DNA of 63,983 nucleotides, counting the filler, from Ionaspis alba (lineage: Eukaryota): NCBI GenBank assembly GCA_964255285.1. It is 3 parts of 3 records of this genome, joined end to end, with 100 filler letters (N's around TTAATTAATTAA, not from the genome) between each part and the next. Parts side by side here need not be neighbours in the genome. Positions count along the whole stretch, not along the records: positions 22,043 to 43,760 come from CAXUUL010000219.1; 2 more parts are not named here. One strand, written 5' to 3'. Below are positions 24,019 through 35,490 of the stretch, one piece after another (positions within the stretch are counted from its first letter, which is position 1; each line of letters starts with the position of its first letter). A program made the position numbers and the translations under genes. The notes beneath the pieces were generated by a model that had not been told where the DNA came from, did no database searches, and saw only the letters and a list, made by a program, of their open reading frames with translations.

Positions 24019-25316
24019 TTAGAAGTCAAGTTCTGTCAAAACAACACCTTGACGACGATGATGTTTGCGCCCAAATCTCTTAAATAAGGCACCAATACCA
24101 GACTCTACTGCATTGACTACTGTCCCTAGCAAGCCTTTCGACTTGTGCTTGGAAGTTGACGTTGAATGCGTAGACGCCGGTGGAGNNNNNNNNNNNNNNN
24201 NNNNNNNNNNNNNNNNNNNNNNNNNNNNNNNNNNNNNNNNNNNNNNNNNNNNNNNNNNNNNNNNNNNNNNNNNNNNNNNNNNNNNAAGCCTTTCGACTTG
24301 TGCTTGGAAGTTGACGTTGAATGCGTAGACGCCGGTGGAGGTGGAGCTGGTTTCGCGACAGCTGGGGCCGGACGTGGAGGAGGGACAGGTTTTGCTGCAG
24401 GTGGAGCTGGCTTTGCTGCTGGTGGAGCTTGTTTTGGAGCCTGTGGCGCTGCTGGTGGCGATTTGGGAGCTGTTTTGGCCTTCGGTGGTGGTACCGGGTG
24501 TCCTTGAGCTGCAGGTTTACTCTTTTTGGGTGCTGCTGTCGGAGCGCCAGACTTTGGTTTTGTGTCTCCTGCAGCCTTCGGCTTAGCCGGAGCATTAGGC
24601 TTCTTGCAAGCTACGCGTCTCCTGAATTTCGCGGAAGACTTCCGGATTTCCGGAGCACAGTCGGTGATGCCAAGCGTCTCCAGCATGTCATGGCATCCAA
24701 ATTGTCCGGGCTTCTTGCTTTTGCAAGCGTCTGTCGGACCGTTCCCCGTCGCTTCCCCTGCCTTGCCGTAGGAGGCCATCTTACCTCCCTTGAGATCCTC
24801 GACCTTTGCATTGGGATTGGCCTTGAAGTATGCGTCCAGTGCACCTTGCTCGGCACATTTACCATTGGAATTGTGCTTGGGGGAACAACCCATTAGGGCC
24901 TCTTTGTGAGCTCGTTCCTCCGGGGTCAAGTCTGCTTCATTCTTTCCCATGATGTTCTCTTTGAATCTGTCTCCGGTCATTTTCAAGGCCTGATTGGTCT
25001 GTTCATGATGGTTTGGCTTTCCTCCGCCGCCTTTCTGCGATGATCCAAAGACAGTCTGGTCGCCTTGGTTAAATCCGGCCATCATACCTGGTTTTTTGTC
25101 GGGCTTCTTTCCCGCATCATCGTGCATTTTCGACATTTCTTCTGATTTCTCCTTCGCCTTGTCCATCAACTCATTTGGTTGATGAGGACCGGACTGTTCG
25201 TGCCCAGTGTATCGGCTGACTCCACTCTTATCCGGTTCCAACCCCCCCAGGACCGATGCACTGAGGTTGAACCATACTAACACCACGACTAAAGCATTAT
25301 ACCAATTGAGAAGCAT
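24019..25316 (-). CDS. Secreted ~380-aa protein: deaminase-like CAE/C-x9-C domain, Pro/Ala/Lys-rich linker and C-terminal dibasic-flanked peptides
   Basis: Signal peptide MLLNWYNALVVVLVWFNLSASVLG. After collapsing the duplicated-flank gap (24131-24285) the frame continues ...HKSKGLLGTVVNAVESGIGALFKRFGRKHHRRQGVVLTELDF* to TAA at 24019-24021. Confidence 0.8.
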
Positions 25317-26351
25317 GATGATTCAGGACGCTAGTATCTGCTCTGAACCAGTGTAGATTATTGATTAGGAAGTTGAATGAAAGGAGTACACAAGGAAAAG
25401 CAAGTGAGACCGGCTCAGATGACGAAAAAGAAATGTTTGAAATAGATAGAGCCTCGCGCACGCGGTTAGTGTGAGTGAGGGAGAATTTTGTGTCTACAAT
25501 TGACGATTTTGAGAAATCAGCGAAATATATATACTCGAAAGTCATGGCATAACCCCATTGCCAAGCACAGATTGTATCCAAAATAGTTCCTGAATCACAC
25601 ATGTTGCCTCTAAGAGTCAAGAAACAAACAAAACAGTTGTGCTTCAATCAAGCCAAGAGCTAGGCAATTCCGTGTAGATGTACTAAGAAGAGTCTTCTGA
25701 AGCATGGGATTTAAACCTGTTGTCACAGCGTGATGACCTGGAGTCGAGTCTTCCAATCAGAAGATCAAAACTTATTTGGGAGGCCTCCTCCAAATTTGCA
25801 ATGGTACCACACGAAACAGAGAGTTTTCTAGACATGCCCACGATCTTGATGTTGGCATCAAGATCTGATAATACCGTTATGCCTCGCCAAAGGCATCGGC
25901 GTGCAGAAGAAGGTAGGTGCCAAGAAACGTTGTGCTAAGCGAGGGACAACGGGTCTTGGCATGGGGGATCAAAGGAGGCTTCTTCAACAATCGTTGGTTC
26001 CTGTTGGCGCTACAGGCAGTCATGCTGAGCTCACAAGCACATCAAGCCAGGTTGATAATATTCCGATAGGTTAGACAACTTCAGATGTCTTGGATGAGCT
26101 GAAATCCTGAAGACTTCCCGTGAAACTGAGACGCGTCTGAATATTCTTCACTACTTCTGTTATGGTTGCAACACCAAAAGCTCGCTTTTCATGAACACAA
26201 ACATTGTGCTCACGGTTTGATCAAGTCACCCATTTCTTATCTTCCCACCAAAACAATTTTATCCTTCATCACAGGCACAAAGACATTTCCCACAGCTTCC
26301 TCACCACCTTATTCGGAATATCAATCCTCATACGGTGACCTTCACGTCACA

Positions 26352-27884
26352 ATGATTGGCACGAAATCATTCCTTGATCTTCCACAGGAGCAACGGATCA
26401 AGATCTATAGGTTATCAGGGCTCACTCGTCCTTGTCCCATAGACTTGATCAAGGAGAGCAGGAGAAAGTCCATCACCGAATCAGTCCCAGAGCTGCAGAA
26501 GACGAGATACCCTCTACCAGACTGCCGTTTCCACCCCTATCCACTACAGCAAAGGACCATAGCTACTGAGTTGCCTCAGGACTTCGAATGCTATTGTGAT
26601 CCCCTACCTCTACAGCTTCTCTTATTGTGCCGCAACATCCACGATGAGGGTCTTCCAGTTCTCTTTGGTCAGAATGTCTTCAAAGTATCCTGGTCCCATG
26701 AAGGATGCCATAATTTCGATTCCTTGAACGCTAAGGCGCAGGCTTCTATCACTTCTCTACAAGTCAATTTTGGTCGATATGACGCGGTTTCGGGTGAATC
26801 CCTGGGGCTATTTGAAGAATTTGGATCCTTGCTCACGAGACTTTCCAGAAGCTGCAATCTCACAAAACTCGATCTCGCCTTGGATTGGGGAGATTCGAAT
26901 ATGAAAGACCTTGGAAGGAAGCCTCCACCGTTGTTAGACCTGTCGAAGCTCAAGAGCTGCACCGTTCGCCTATCCAAATCGCCAAATTCTTTGCTGAATA
27001 AGCTCGCCAGAGATATGGTGATTGAGGCAACCACGGATAAGAACATTCGTGATGGTGGTTTCCAGATCATGGGTTTACCAAAAGAACTTCGACTAAGGAT
27101 TCTGTCACATACAGATCTTGTAGCACGGTGGCGGCCAGGCTGGTGGTCTGACGGGTTATCCATCGAGGATGGAAAACTAGTGCTGGATGGATCGGCTCGT
27201 CAATGTTGTAACAACTGCGCTATATCTCGTGCGATCTGCTGCTGCCCAAAGCTTGGTGCCTCATACTCGACCACATGCACGTGCTTTACATTTCCCTCGG
27301 AGGTATTCAGTGTTTCACATCAATTCGCGACTGACGCTCGTGAGGTTTTCTTGTTGCGGAATCGCTTTATCTTCCGTGGCCATCCGGCGAAGACTCTGTC
27401 CTTCCTTTGTCAGCAGCCACCGGAGTTGCTGAAGCTCATACAGACTATTGATTTCCAGTTTACCCATGATGATCCTGGGTGGTGGAGTCAAAGCTCTGAT
27501 GCAACTGAGAGTTGGCAGAACGTTATCTCGTTCCTATCCCGGAACCTCAACCTACCCAATTTATCCTTGACAATCGATGCTGGAGTCGCTTATGAAATTT
27601 ACCAAGAGTGGACGATTACTGAAATGCATCTCGACCATGTGCTCGATTTCTACCGGTCAATTGTTACACCTTTGAAGGAGAACAAGCAATTCACGTCACT
27701 ACGGAGCTTCCATGTCTTCCTACCATGTTTCCATCATTTCGAGACAGAGGCCGAAAAGTCAGTGAAAGGTTCAGACTACGATAGCGCCAAGGACGGGAAA
27801 ATTCCATTTACGAAGCGGAATCCTTACTTTCCACATGGAGTTCCAGATCCGAGCTTGGAGTGGGAGGATGGGATGGAATTGTGA
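26352..27884 (+). CDS. Fungal hypothetical protein with two tandem F-box-like modules and a Cys-rich insert
   Basis: Intronless ORF with the first ATG at 26352. Repeated motifs FLDLPQEQRIKIY and IMGLPKELRLRIL, paired C-x-C..P/LL segments, and CCNNC...CCC...CTC. Confidence 0.75.
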   Translation: MIGTKSFLDLPQEQRIKIYRLSGLTRPCPIDLIKESRRKSITESVPELQKTRYPLPDCRFHPYPLQQRTIATELPQDFECYCDPLPLQLLLLCRNIHDEGLPVLFGQNVFKVSWSHEGCHNFDSLNAKAQASITSLQVNFGRYDAVSGESLGLFEEFGSLLTRLSRSCNLTKLDLALDWGDSNMKDLGRKPPPLLDLSKLKSCTVRLSKSPNSLLNKLARDMVIEATTDKNIRDGGFQIMGLPKELRLRILSHTDLVARWRPGWWSDGLSIEDGKLVLDGSARQCCNNCAISRAICCCPKLGASYSTTCTCFTFPSEVFSVSHQFATDAREVFLLRNRFIFRGHPAKTLSFLCQQPPELLKLIQTIDFQFTHDDPGWWSQSSDATESWQNVISFLSRNLNLPNLSLTIDAGVAYEIYQEWTITEMHLDHVLDFYRSIVTPLKENKQFTSLRSFHVFLPCFHHFETEAEKSVKGSDYDSAKDGKIPFTKRNPYFPHGVPDPSLEWEDGMEL

Positions 27885-28428
27885 GAAGCACAGTGAAGAG
27901 ATAAATAAGGTTAGGAGCTTAACGCGACGGCGCTCATTACCTCAGAGGAGAGACTAGTAGATATTGAAGCTCAAAAAGTGATTCTCAATCATGCAGTCGT
28001 GCTTGGAGCGTCGGAATGTGTCAGCTATGTGCTAACTGTAATTCCTTGTGCAGATTGGGCTATCACCGTGAGCAACAATCAAATGTACTTCTAGCTATGT
28101 AGGAGATTCTGCAAATATCTTAAGTGTATGAATCTAGATTCCTGGTAATGGTATTGATTCAGGACTTTATATGTGATCTAGACACTCGGGGATTGGCCTC
28201 GGACATAAGCAAATCTAATGAACGTCTCAGTTCTCCGCAGGACTTTTCATCACGACGACACCAACAAGCGGTGATGAGCAATCACCCCCCGGAGAGCTGA
28301 ATTCAGGATGATTTCGATCCGTCGTCCGTCTCCTTGTGCTCTACTCGTTCCTGGAGCTTTCTCGAACGGCTTGAAAACCAAATCCCGCTGTCCGCGAAGA
28401 CCCTGATAGCATTGCTTTCTCGTCAGAG

Positions 28429-29583
28429 ATGTATGGCGTTCTACACACCAATGGAGTCAGGAGAGCCTCCTCACGTACTTTCTCGACTATCATCAGATAC
28501 GCGACCAAGGGACCATTTATAGATGATCCAAATCGTATCCAGCCGGTCCCGCAGGTCGTTCACAGGGTTGAAGAGCTCAGGAAAACGCGGGATTTAGTAC
28601 GTTCGCTGGGGAAGAACATTGCGTTTGTTCCGACCATGGGCGCTCTACATCAGGGACATTTATCCATGATTCGTCACGCTGCAAAAGGGCACAACGAAGT
28701 CTACGTTTCGATCTATGTCAACCCCACCCAGTTTGGCCTGAACGAGGATCTAACAACATACCCGAAGACGCTCGAACAGGACCTCAGAGAGTTACGATAT
28801 ATAAACGAGAGGTTGAAGGTTGAGAAGAGCATGGGTCGTGTCACGATGCTGTTCTGTCCCACTAATGAAGAAATGTATCCTGGCATACCGCCCACCTCGG
28901 ATCCCAATGGTGATGGTTCCTTTGTCACCATCACACCCTTGGGAAAATTACTGGAAGGGGCGTCGAGGCCTGTGTTCTTTCGAGGAGTAGCTACAGTCTG
29001 TATGAAGTTGCTGAACATCGTTCAGCCCGAGCATGTCTACTTTGGTCAAAAGGACATTCAACAATGCATCATCATTCAGCGTATGATCAAAGACTTTCAC
29101 ATTAACACCAAGATGTATATCCGGCCGACTTCTCGAGAGGCCGATGGCCTAGCTTTGAGCTCACGCAATGTATACCTAGGTGCGCGCAGGCGTGCTGCCG
29201 CAATCGTACTCACCAAGGCTATCCAGGCGGGCCAACAAGCCTTTCAGGATGGTAAACGAACTCGAGACGATGTGCTCGGAAGTGTAATGAGAGTTACATT
29301 GGGAATGCAAGAAGCTCAAAATCAACTACCTCCGAGTGAGCGAGCTCGATTTGAGGTGGATTATATGTCTCTTGCCGATCCTGTGAGTTTGGAAGAGATC
29401 CCTCGGCAAATTGGTGAGCGCGGAGCCATCCTGAGTGGAGCCATAAAGATGCTGCCACTAGAAGAACCTCAAGAGAGCGAAGATGCAGGTATCGGAGGCG
29501 GGAAGAGCACGGTGAGGTTGATAGACAATGCCGTATTGTGTCCATTTAGTCGAATTATTGGCAACGTCATTTCTGGCGCTTAA
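28429..29583 (+). CDS. PAN6: Pantoate-beta-alanine ligase (pantothenate synthetase)
   Basis: Motifs FVPTMGALHQGH, SIYVNPTQF, LEGASRPVFFRGVATV, FGQKDIQQ, READGLALSSRN and RLIDN. The Arg/Ser-rich N-terminus resembles a mitochondrial presequence. Confidence 0.96.
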   Translation: MYGVLHTNGVRRASSRTFSTIIRYATKGPFIDDPNRIQPVPQVVHRVEELRKTRDLVRSLGKNIAFVPTMGALHQGHLSMIRHAAKGHNEVYVSIYVNPTQFGLNEDLTTYPKTLEQDLRELRYINERLKVEKSMGRVTMLFCPTNEEMYPGIPPTSDPNGDGSFVTITPLGKLLEGASRPVFFRGVATVCMKLLNIVQPEHVYFGQKDIQQCIIIQRMIKDFHINTKMYIRPTSREADGLALSSRNVYLGARRRAAAIVLTKAIQAGQQAFQDGKRTRDDVLGSVMRVTLGMQEAQNQLPPSERARFEVDYMSLADPVSLEEIPRQIGERGAILSGAIKMLPLEEPQESEDAGIGGGKSTVRLIDNAVLCPFSRIIGNVISGA

Positions 29584-29636
29584 TACAGTGGAGCCCATAG
29601 CTAAAATAGGTACATATGTCTTGATTCAAATCATCA

Positions 29637-30446
29637 TCAAAGCTCATCCATTCTCCTTTGTTTGAATTTCTTGGTTGCTCGATCTGTAGCTCGAACCTCG
29701 AATTGTGATCCATGAAGCTCAAAGATCAGGTTCTTGTGTTCTCTTGTATCTGGGCCCGTGCCACCGACGCTTGTTGCTGGCGTCTCTGGACTTTGAAAAG
29801 GCTGAGGCACTTCAAATTGGAAAATGGTATGTCCCTTGGGGATCGCTACAACTTGAATAAGCATACAATACCCTTGCAGCATTTGTCAATGCGTACTTAT
29901 CAGGATGTTTTTCTTCGTAATCACTTCAAAGGTATACTTTGTGTCCTTAACCACAATCCCCTTGCAGCCAACTCTCCCACTGCACCTACTCCTCACCACT
30001 TGCAACTCAGCTCCGTGAAAATCCGCACTCGCCAACTTGCTACCTACAGACTGTGCCGTCAAGTAATTCTTTTCGCCTTCCTTCAAGCCTAAGATCTCCC
30101 ACATGTAGCCTACCCACAAGTGGTGTAGAGGCGCGTAGATCTCATACTTCTGGGCGTTTTTGGGTATATCGTAGATTCCTAGTTTACGTTTCTCTTTTGC
30201 CGACAAAGGCTTTGGTTTTTGGCGACGAAGAATGTGCTCTTTCTTCCGGAGTCGTTGGCTACGCCGCTTTGCTCTGGCATCTTGGGACGTTAGGTCTGGA
30301 GATGTGGGACGAAGGTTGAGGGGTTTGTGTAGGACTTTATCGGTGAAGATAGTAGAGGCAAGATCTGGAGGGTGCGCACGAGCAAGTAGAGTGCGGGCGA
30401 AATGGTCGGGAGGGTTGTCCGTTACCATCGTTGGTCCTGCCTGCAT
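29637..30446 (-). CDS. POP4: RNase P/MRP subunit Pop4/Rpp29, 2 exons; start at 30446 or 30428
   Basis: Motifs KPKPLSAKEKRKLG, PLHHLWVGY, KLASADFHGA, VVRSRC, IPKGHTIF and ELHGSQFEVRATDRATKKFK. Confidence 0.92.
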
Positions 30447-30710
30447 GACNNNNNNNNNNNNNNNNNNNNNNNNNNNNNNNNNNNNNNNNNNNNNNNNNNN
30501 NNNNNNNNNNNNNNNNNNNNNNNNNNNNNNNNNNNNNNNNNNNNNNNNNGGGCGAAATGGTCGGGAGGGTTGTCCGTTACCATCGTTGGTCCTGCCTGCA
30601 TGACTTGTAATGTAGTTGTGGAAAGAAGGTTAGCTGTCCATTGGTCCCGCCAAAAGTCCTGGTAGGGCCAGAAGTGGATTTTCCCCTAATCTAAGGTTAA
30701 GCGCGATGTG

Positions 30711-30726
30711 ACGCGTTTCCACGCGA
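30711..30726. promoter_or_regulatory. Tandem MCB-like elements (ACGCGT, ACGCGA) in the divergent POP4 / SNF2-ATPase promoter
   Basis: The motifs are seen directly; MBF binding is inferred from yeast knowledge. Confidence 0.3.
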
Positions 30727-31039
30727 CTGCGGATTTTCAGAAAGTTTGTCAAACCCTCCCCTTGGGACCAATACGTCGAGGTTAGATTGACAACCCACAT
30801 TCGCACTTTTTGACTGTGCAGCTTTTCTTAGCAAGACATTCCAGCACTGTCTGCTTATAATTCGCTCGCTTGTTTGTTAGTGAGCAAAACGATGTTGCTG
30901 CGCTTCCAGGCTCAATCTTAAACTCGAACTTTCCCGTGCATTTGCTAGTGAAAATAGGTAAGACCTGAAGTTTCCCGGCAAGCCTCACAAAGGGCTGTTT
31001 ACAGAAATATCGTTCTCATCGTTCTGAACCAGATTCCAC

Positions 31040-34000
31040 ATGCATTCGCTCGATACTTCTCTACCGACACCTGGTGCGTCTCCAAACACGCAAAAGCCAC
31101 CACTTCCAGAGTCGATCCTATCAAGTCCACGCATTGATATCAGCAAGTGTACTACTGCATCAGAGATTCTTGCGGCATTCGCTCCACGACCACAACCTCC
31201 AAAGAAGATACCGAGTTGGACATCGCCTCCGAAGTTTGAGATTACAATGTCCACAGGACGGGGTTTGCGTCACAAACCACGAGTCTCTTACACTATATCG
31301 GACGACTCGGATGAGCCTGATCCTCTGTCTAGTCCTTCATCTACGTTTACCACTCCACAGAAACCGACTCGAGGTCGTAAGGTCATTAACCTAGAAGACG
31401 AGGATGACGAGATCGTGGAGGTTGAGCGCCCAAAAACACCTCCGCCGCGAGTCTCATCTGCCGGTCACTCACTACGCCAGCACAAGGAGCTACATCTTTC
31501 ACTAAGAGCGCAGGAGAATGGAGACAAGCCAATTGTCAAAAAGCAAAAGCTCTCGAAGTCAAGCAGGAGGCAGTCTATTCCCAAAATTGTGTCTGATGCT
31601 CCCAGTGAGCCTCACGTAAGAACGGCTCGCAATGAAGTCCGCGACACTATCGCCACAGAGACAGCGGCCAAGAGGACGAGATTCTTCGTCGCCAAGAAGG
31701 ATTACTTCCTACCCTTGCTTCCAGAGAGCAACCATGTGAAGAAGATGGTCGATCTACAGCATGGTAACGGCCATGCTGCAGGCGACATCTTACCTTATGA
31801 GGCGCTTGAAAGCCAGCCAGCAGGGTACGTTGAAGACCCCAAGCAGTGCAAGAATGCACTGACCGCTTCCGTAGGGTTAAAGCAACCATGAAACCTTACC
31901 AGCTTAGCGGACTCTCTTTCTTGGTATATCTGCAGCGTAATGGTCTTTCAGGTATTCTAGGCGATGAGATGGGACTCGGCAAAACTCTACAATCACTCTC
32001 ACTCATTCAACACCTCAAGGAGAACCGAACGTCCAGTGAGCGTAATTCTCAGCCTCGTCCGTCACTCGTTGTATGCCCTCTGAGTGTTTTGAGTTCCTGG
32101 ATGGCCGAGTCTCGGAAGTGGACTCCGGGTCTAAAGGTTCTGCGATTCCACGGTCCTGTCCATGAGCGAAGCAGGCTGAAGAGAGTCGCAAGTGGTGAGG
32201 AAGACATGTTCGGAAACGATACTCGACTGGCGCTGAAGAAGAAAAACAAGCGTCTTGCAAATGCTGGCAAGGACATTATCGATCTTGATCCTGAGGATCC
32301 AGAAGACGATGCAGGAGTTGACCTTGTTGTGACCACTTACGAAACCTTTTCAGCTGAGCAGGGTTGGTTTAAGCGAGCATTCGTCTGGAAGTATGCCATT
32401 CTCGACGAAGGGCATAAGATCAAGAACGACCTCAGCCAGATTTCCACAGCATTGCAAGGCTTAGGTGCGGAATATCGCCTTATTTTGACAGGAACGCCGC
32501 TCCAGAACAACCTGGTAGAGCTTTGGGCGCTTCTTCACTGGTGCGTGCTGAATGATTCATTCACTACAGAAGCTTATACTAACATTTTGGGACTTCAAGG
32601 CTTTACCCGGAGGTCTTCACCGACCGGACCTCGGACCTGTTCAGAAACTCCTTCGACTTGGCTCGTGGCAAAGTGAGCACCACGGTCATGGATGACGCGC
32701 GCCGTCTCCTGGAGCTGATCATGATCCGTCGGATGAAAAACAGCCCTGGCGTGGAGCTCAATCTTCCTCCTAAGACTGACATCCTGCTATTCGTTCCACT
32801 CACTCCTCTGCAGCGATTCTGGTATACCAGGCTTTTGACCCGTGCAGACAAAGGCCTCTTGGAAGAGCTGTTCTCCGGCGCCAAAGCCAAAGAGGCAGCT
32901 GCAATCGAGAATGACATCAAGACTAAACACCAATGGGAGGACAAGGCTATAAATGAGCTAGAAGAGCTTGACAAGGAAGATGGCTCAACGGCTATGGATT
33001 GGAAAGAAAGCAAGGAAATCATGAGACAGGCTATTGAACAAGAGCAGCTAGACGAGAGTAAGAAATCGGCATGGAAGAAGCTGATGAATCTGTTGATGCA
33101 GCTTCGAAAGGTATATTTTTTGTGATTGGTATCTGTAGAAATGGCCCACTAATCTTCTTACAGTGTTGCAATCATCCCTATCTTCTGCCCCATGCTGCGC
33201 CTGATCCTTATTACCTGGGTGACCACGTCATTCATGGCTCCGGCAAGTTCATCGTACTTGACAAGCTGGTCGAAGAGCTGGTGGTAAGACAGAAGAAGAA
33301 GATTCTAATCTTCTCCGGATTTACTCGAATGCTGGACTGCTGCGAAGACTTTCTTTCCTTGAGGGGCGGCAACGGGGAAAAATTCAAATATCTGCGCCTG
33401 GATGGAGCTACTGGTAGAGCGCGACGCAATCTCGGCATTCGCATGTTCAACGATTCCAATTCGGAGTATCGGGTCATGTTGATTTCTACCAGAGCAGGTG
33501 GTCTCGGAATCAACTTGGCCACAGCCTCTGATGTTATCTTGCTAGACCAGGACTGGAACCCTCAGATCATGCTTCAAGCAGAAGCACGTGCTCATCGCAT
33601 TGGCCAGACGAAACCGGTTACTGTTTACAAACTTTGCACGCAAGGTACTGTCGAGGAGCAGATGATGGGACGGATCCAGAAGAAGCTTTATCTTTCGGCA
33701 AAAGTCACCGAGTCCATGCGCGACATCCATTCCTCACTCAAAGCTGGCTCCAAGAAGAAAGGCAGAGTTAGTACCGCGGCTGACGAAGACATGCCTCAGT
33801 TGGACACGAGCCAATTGATGTCTTTGGTTCGTAGGGGCGCGCAAGCACTTTCGCATCCAGATATCAATGTTAACGAGATGCTTGATTGGAATTGGGAGAC
33901 AATGCTCGAGAAGTGCAAGGATAAGCCAGCCGACATTCATGTCGCAGAGCAGACTCAATCAGCCGTGGTTGTTAAAGAAGAAGACGAGAAGAAGTGGCTT

Positions 34001-34972
34001 TCTCAGATGGAGCACGTCGAGTCCCGGGTATTTCAGGGCAAGAAATTCTTCAAATCCAAAGCCGAGGACAGCTTTGAGAAGCTCAATCAGGATTGGACAA
34101 GAGAGCAGAGACGAGTTGGTAAGAATACGACAGTGATGGTAGACGGTTATGCTATTAGCAAGGAAAGTATGAGTTGTGGCGACTGGGAAGCAGTACCAAC
34201 GATGGCTGGCAAAGATCCCCGCTTGGCTGAGCCTAAACGCGAGAAGAAAGCTGCTATTGTGAATCAGGAGGTAAGAAGTCTTGTCGCCGTGCGTTCGATC
34301 ATTGCTGACATGGGCCTTCAGCATTGCCAAGTCTGTTGGGATGGCGGCGACGTTGTCCTCTGCTCAGGATGTCCTCGCTCGTATCATTACAAGTGTCTGG
34401 ACAAGGATTTCAAGGCTCAAGCTCGAGCCAAAATCCAATTCTATTGCCCTCAGCACCAATGTGCGGACTGTCTCCAGAAGACCGGAGATGCAGGCGGTTT
34501 AATCTACCGCTGTCGTTGGTGTGAGCGTGGGTACTGCGAAGACTGCCTTGATTGGGACAATACCAGTCTCATAGGAGATTCCTTGAAAGAGTACGAGCTA
34601 CTCAGATTCCCTGCCGTCAATCAAGCCTTTTACGTCCAATGCTCGAATTGTACACAGCATCACCTAGAGGACGCACAAGCAAAAGTCTTCTGCAGCGATA
34701 TGGCAGCACAAATCGACGAACAGCACAACGAGTTCGTGGAACAGAGAGCGCTTGTTGCCGCGACAGCTGATGAGGCCGGGAAAGAAGCAATGCTGGCTCC
34801 CAGCAGAGCTGAATCCATGACTGATGCGACTACGCTCAATGATTCTGGTATCAGTACTCCACAAGTCGAATGCTTGGATGGTGCTCTCACGTTGAACAAG
34901 CGCAAGCGCAAAGCTGCACCAGATTCGTTCAAAACAACACCGTCTAAGCGTTCATCACGGATCACTATGTAA
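31040..34972 (+). CDS. SNF2-family (ISWI-like) chromatin-remodelling ATPase with C-terminal PHD-like zinc fingers, multi-exon; start may be 31247
   Basis: Motifs GILGDEMGLGKTLQ, LDEGHKIKN, LTGTPLQNNL, LMQLRK/CCNHPY, STRAGGLGINL and QAEARAHRIGQ. C-terminal CQVCWDGG...CSGCPRSYHYKC, CPQHQCADC and CRWCERGYCEDC. Confidence 0.92.
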
Positions 34973-35490
34973 CTTCCCTCATCCTAGCTTGTTCCGACTA
35001 CAACATTCGATAGTGGGATTTTCTGAAGCGTTCAGGGAATGACGGCCACCTGATCCCCAATTTTCGGCATATAGAGTTCTAGGTACTGTGACTGGCGATT
35101 TGAATGAATATTTGAAAGGCTCTGTAACGAAAGTCAACACCACAAAGATGTACGAGACAATACTAGACATGATAGTACGACTAGTATCGGTACAGAACAG
35201 CATTCTCGGTCTATTGAATCATCAGATGAACAATAATGAAAACCAACATGGAACGTGTTAATTGTTGAATATATGAATTAGTCTTTCTTGGTTGTAATTA
35301 CAGTGTCAGACAGTGTGAATATCGAAGGCGACCTCTGAATGAATGCCCCTCGTTTCGATACGCAGCCAGTAACCGTATTATATACGCAGGGATGTTTGGA
35401 GCTCAAGATAAGACACGTCCAGTAAACATTTTTAATCACATCTCCAAGTTGAATTTTCCACCATCAACAGTCGACAGGTAGATAATCGCC

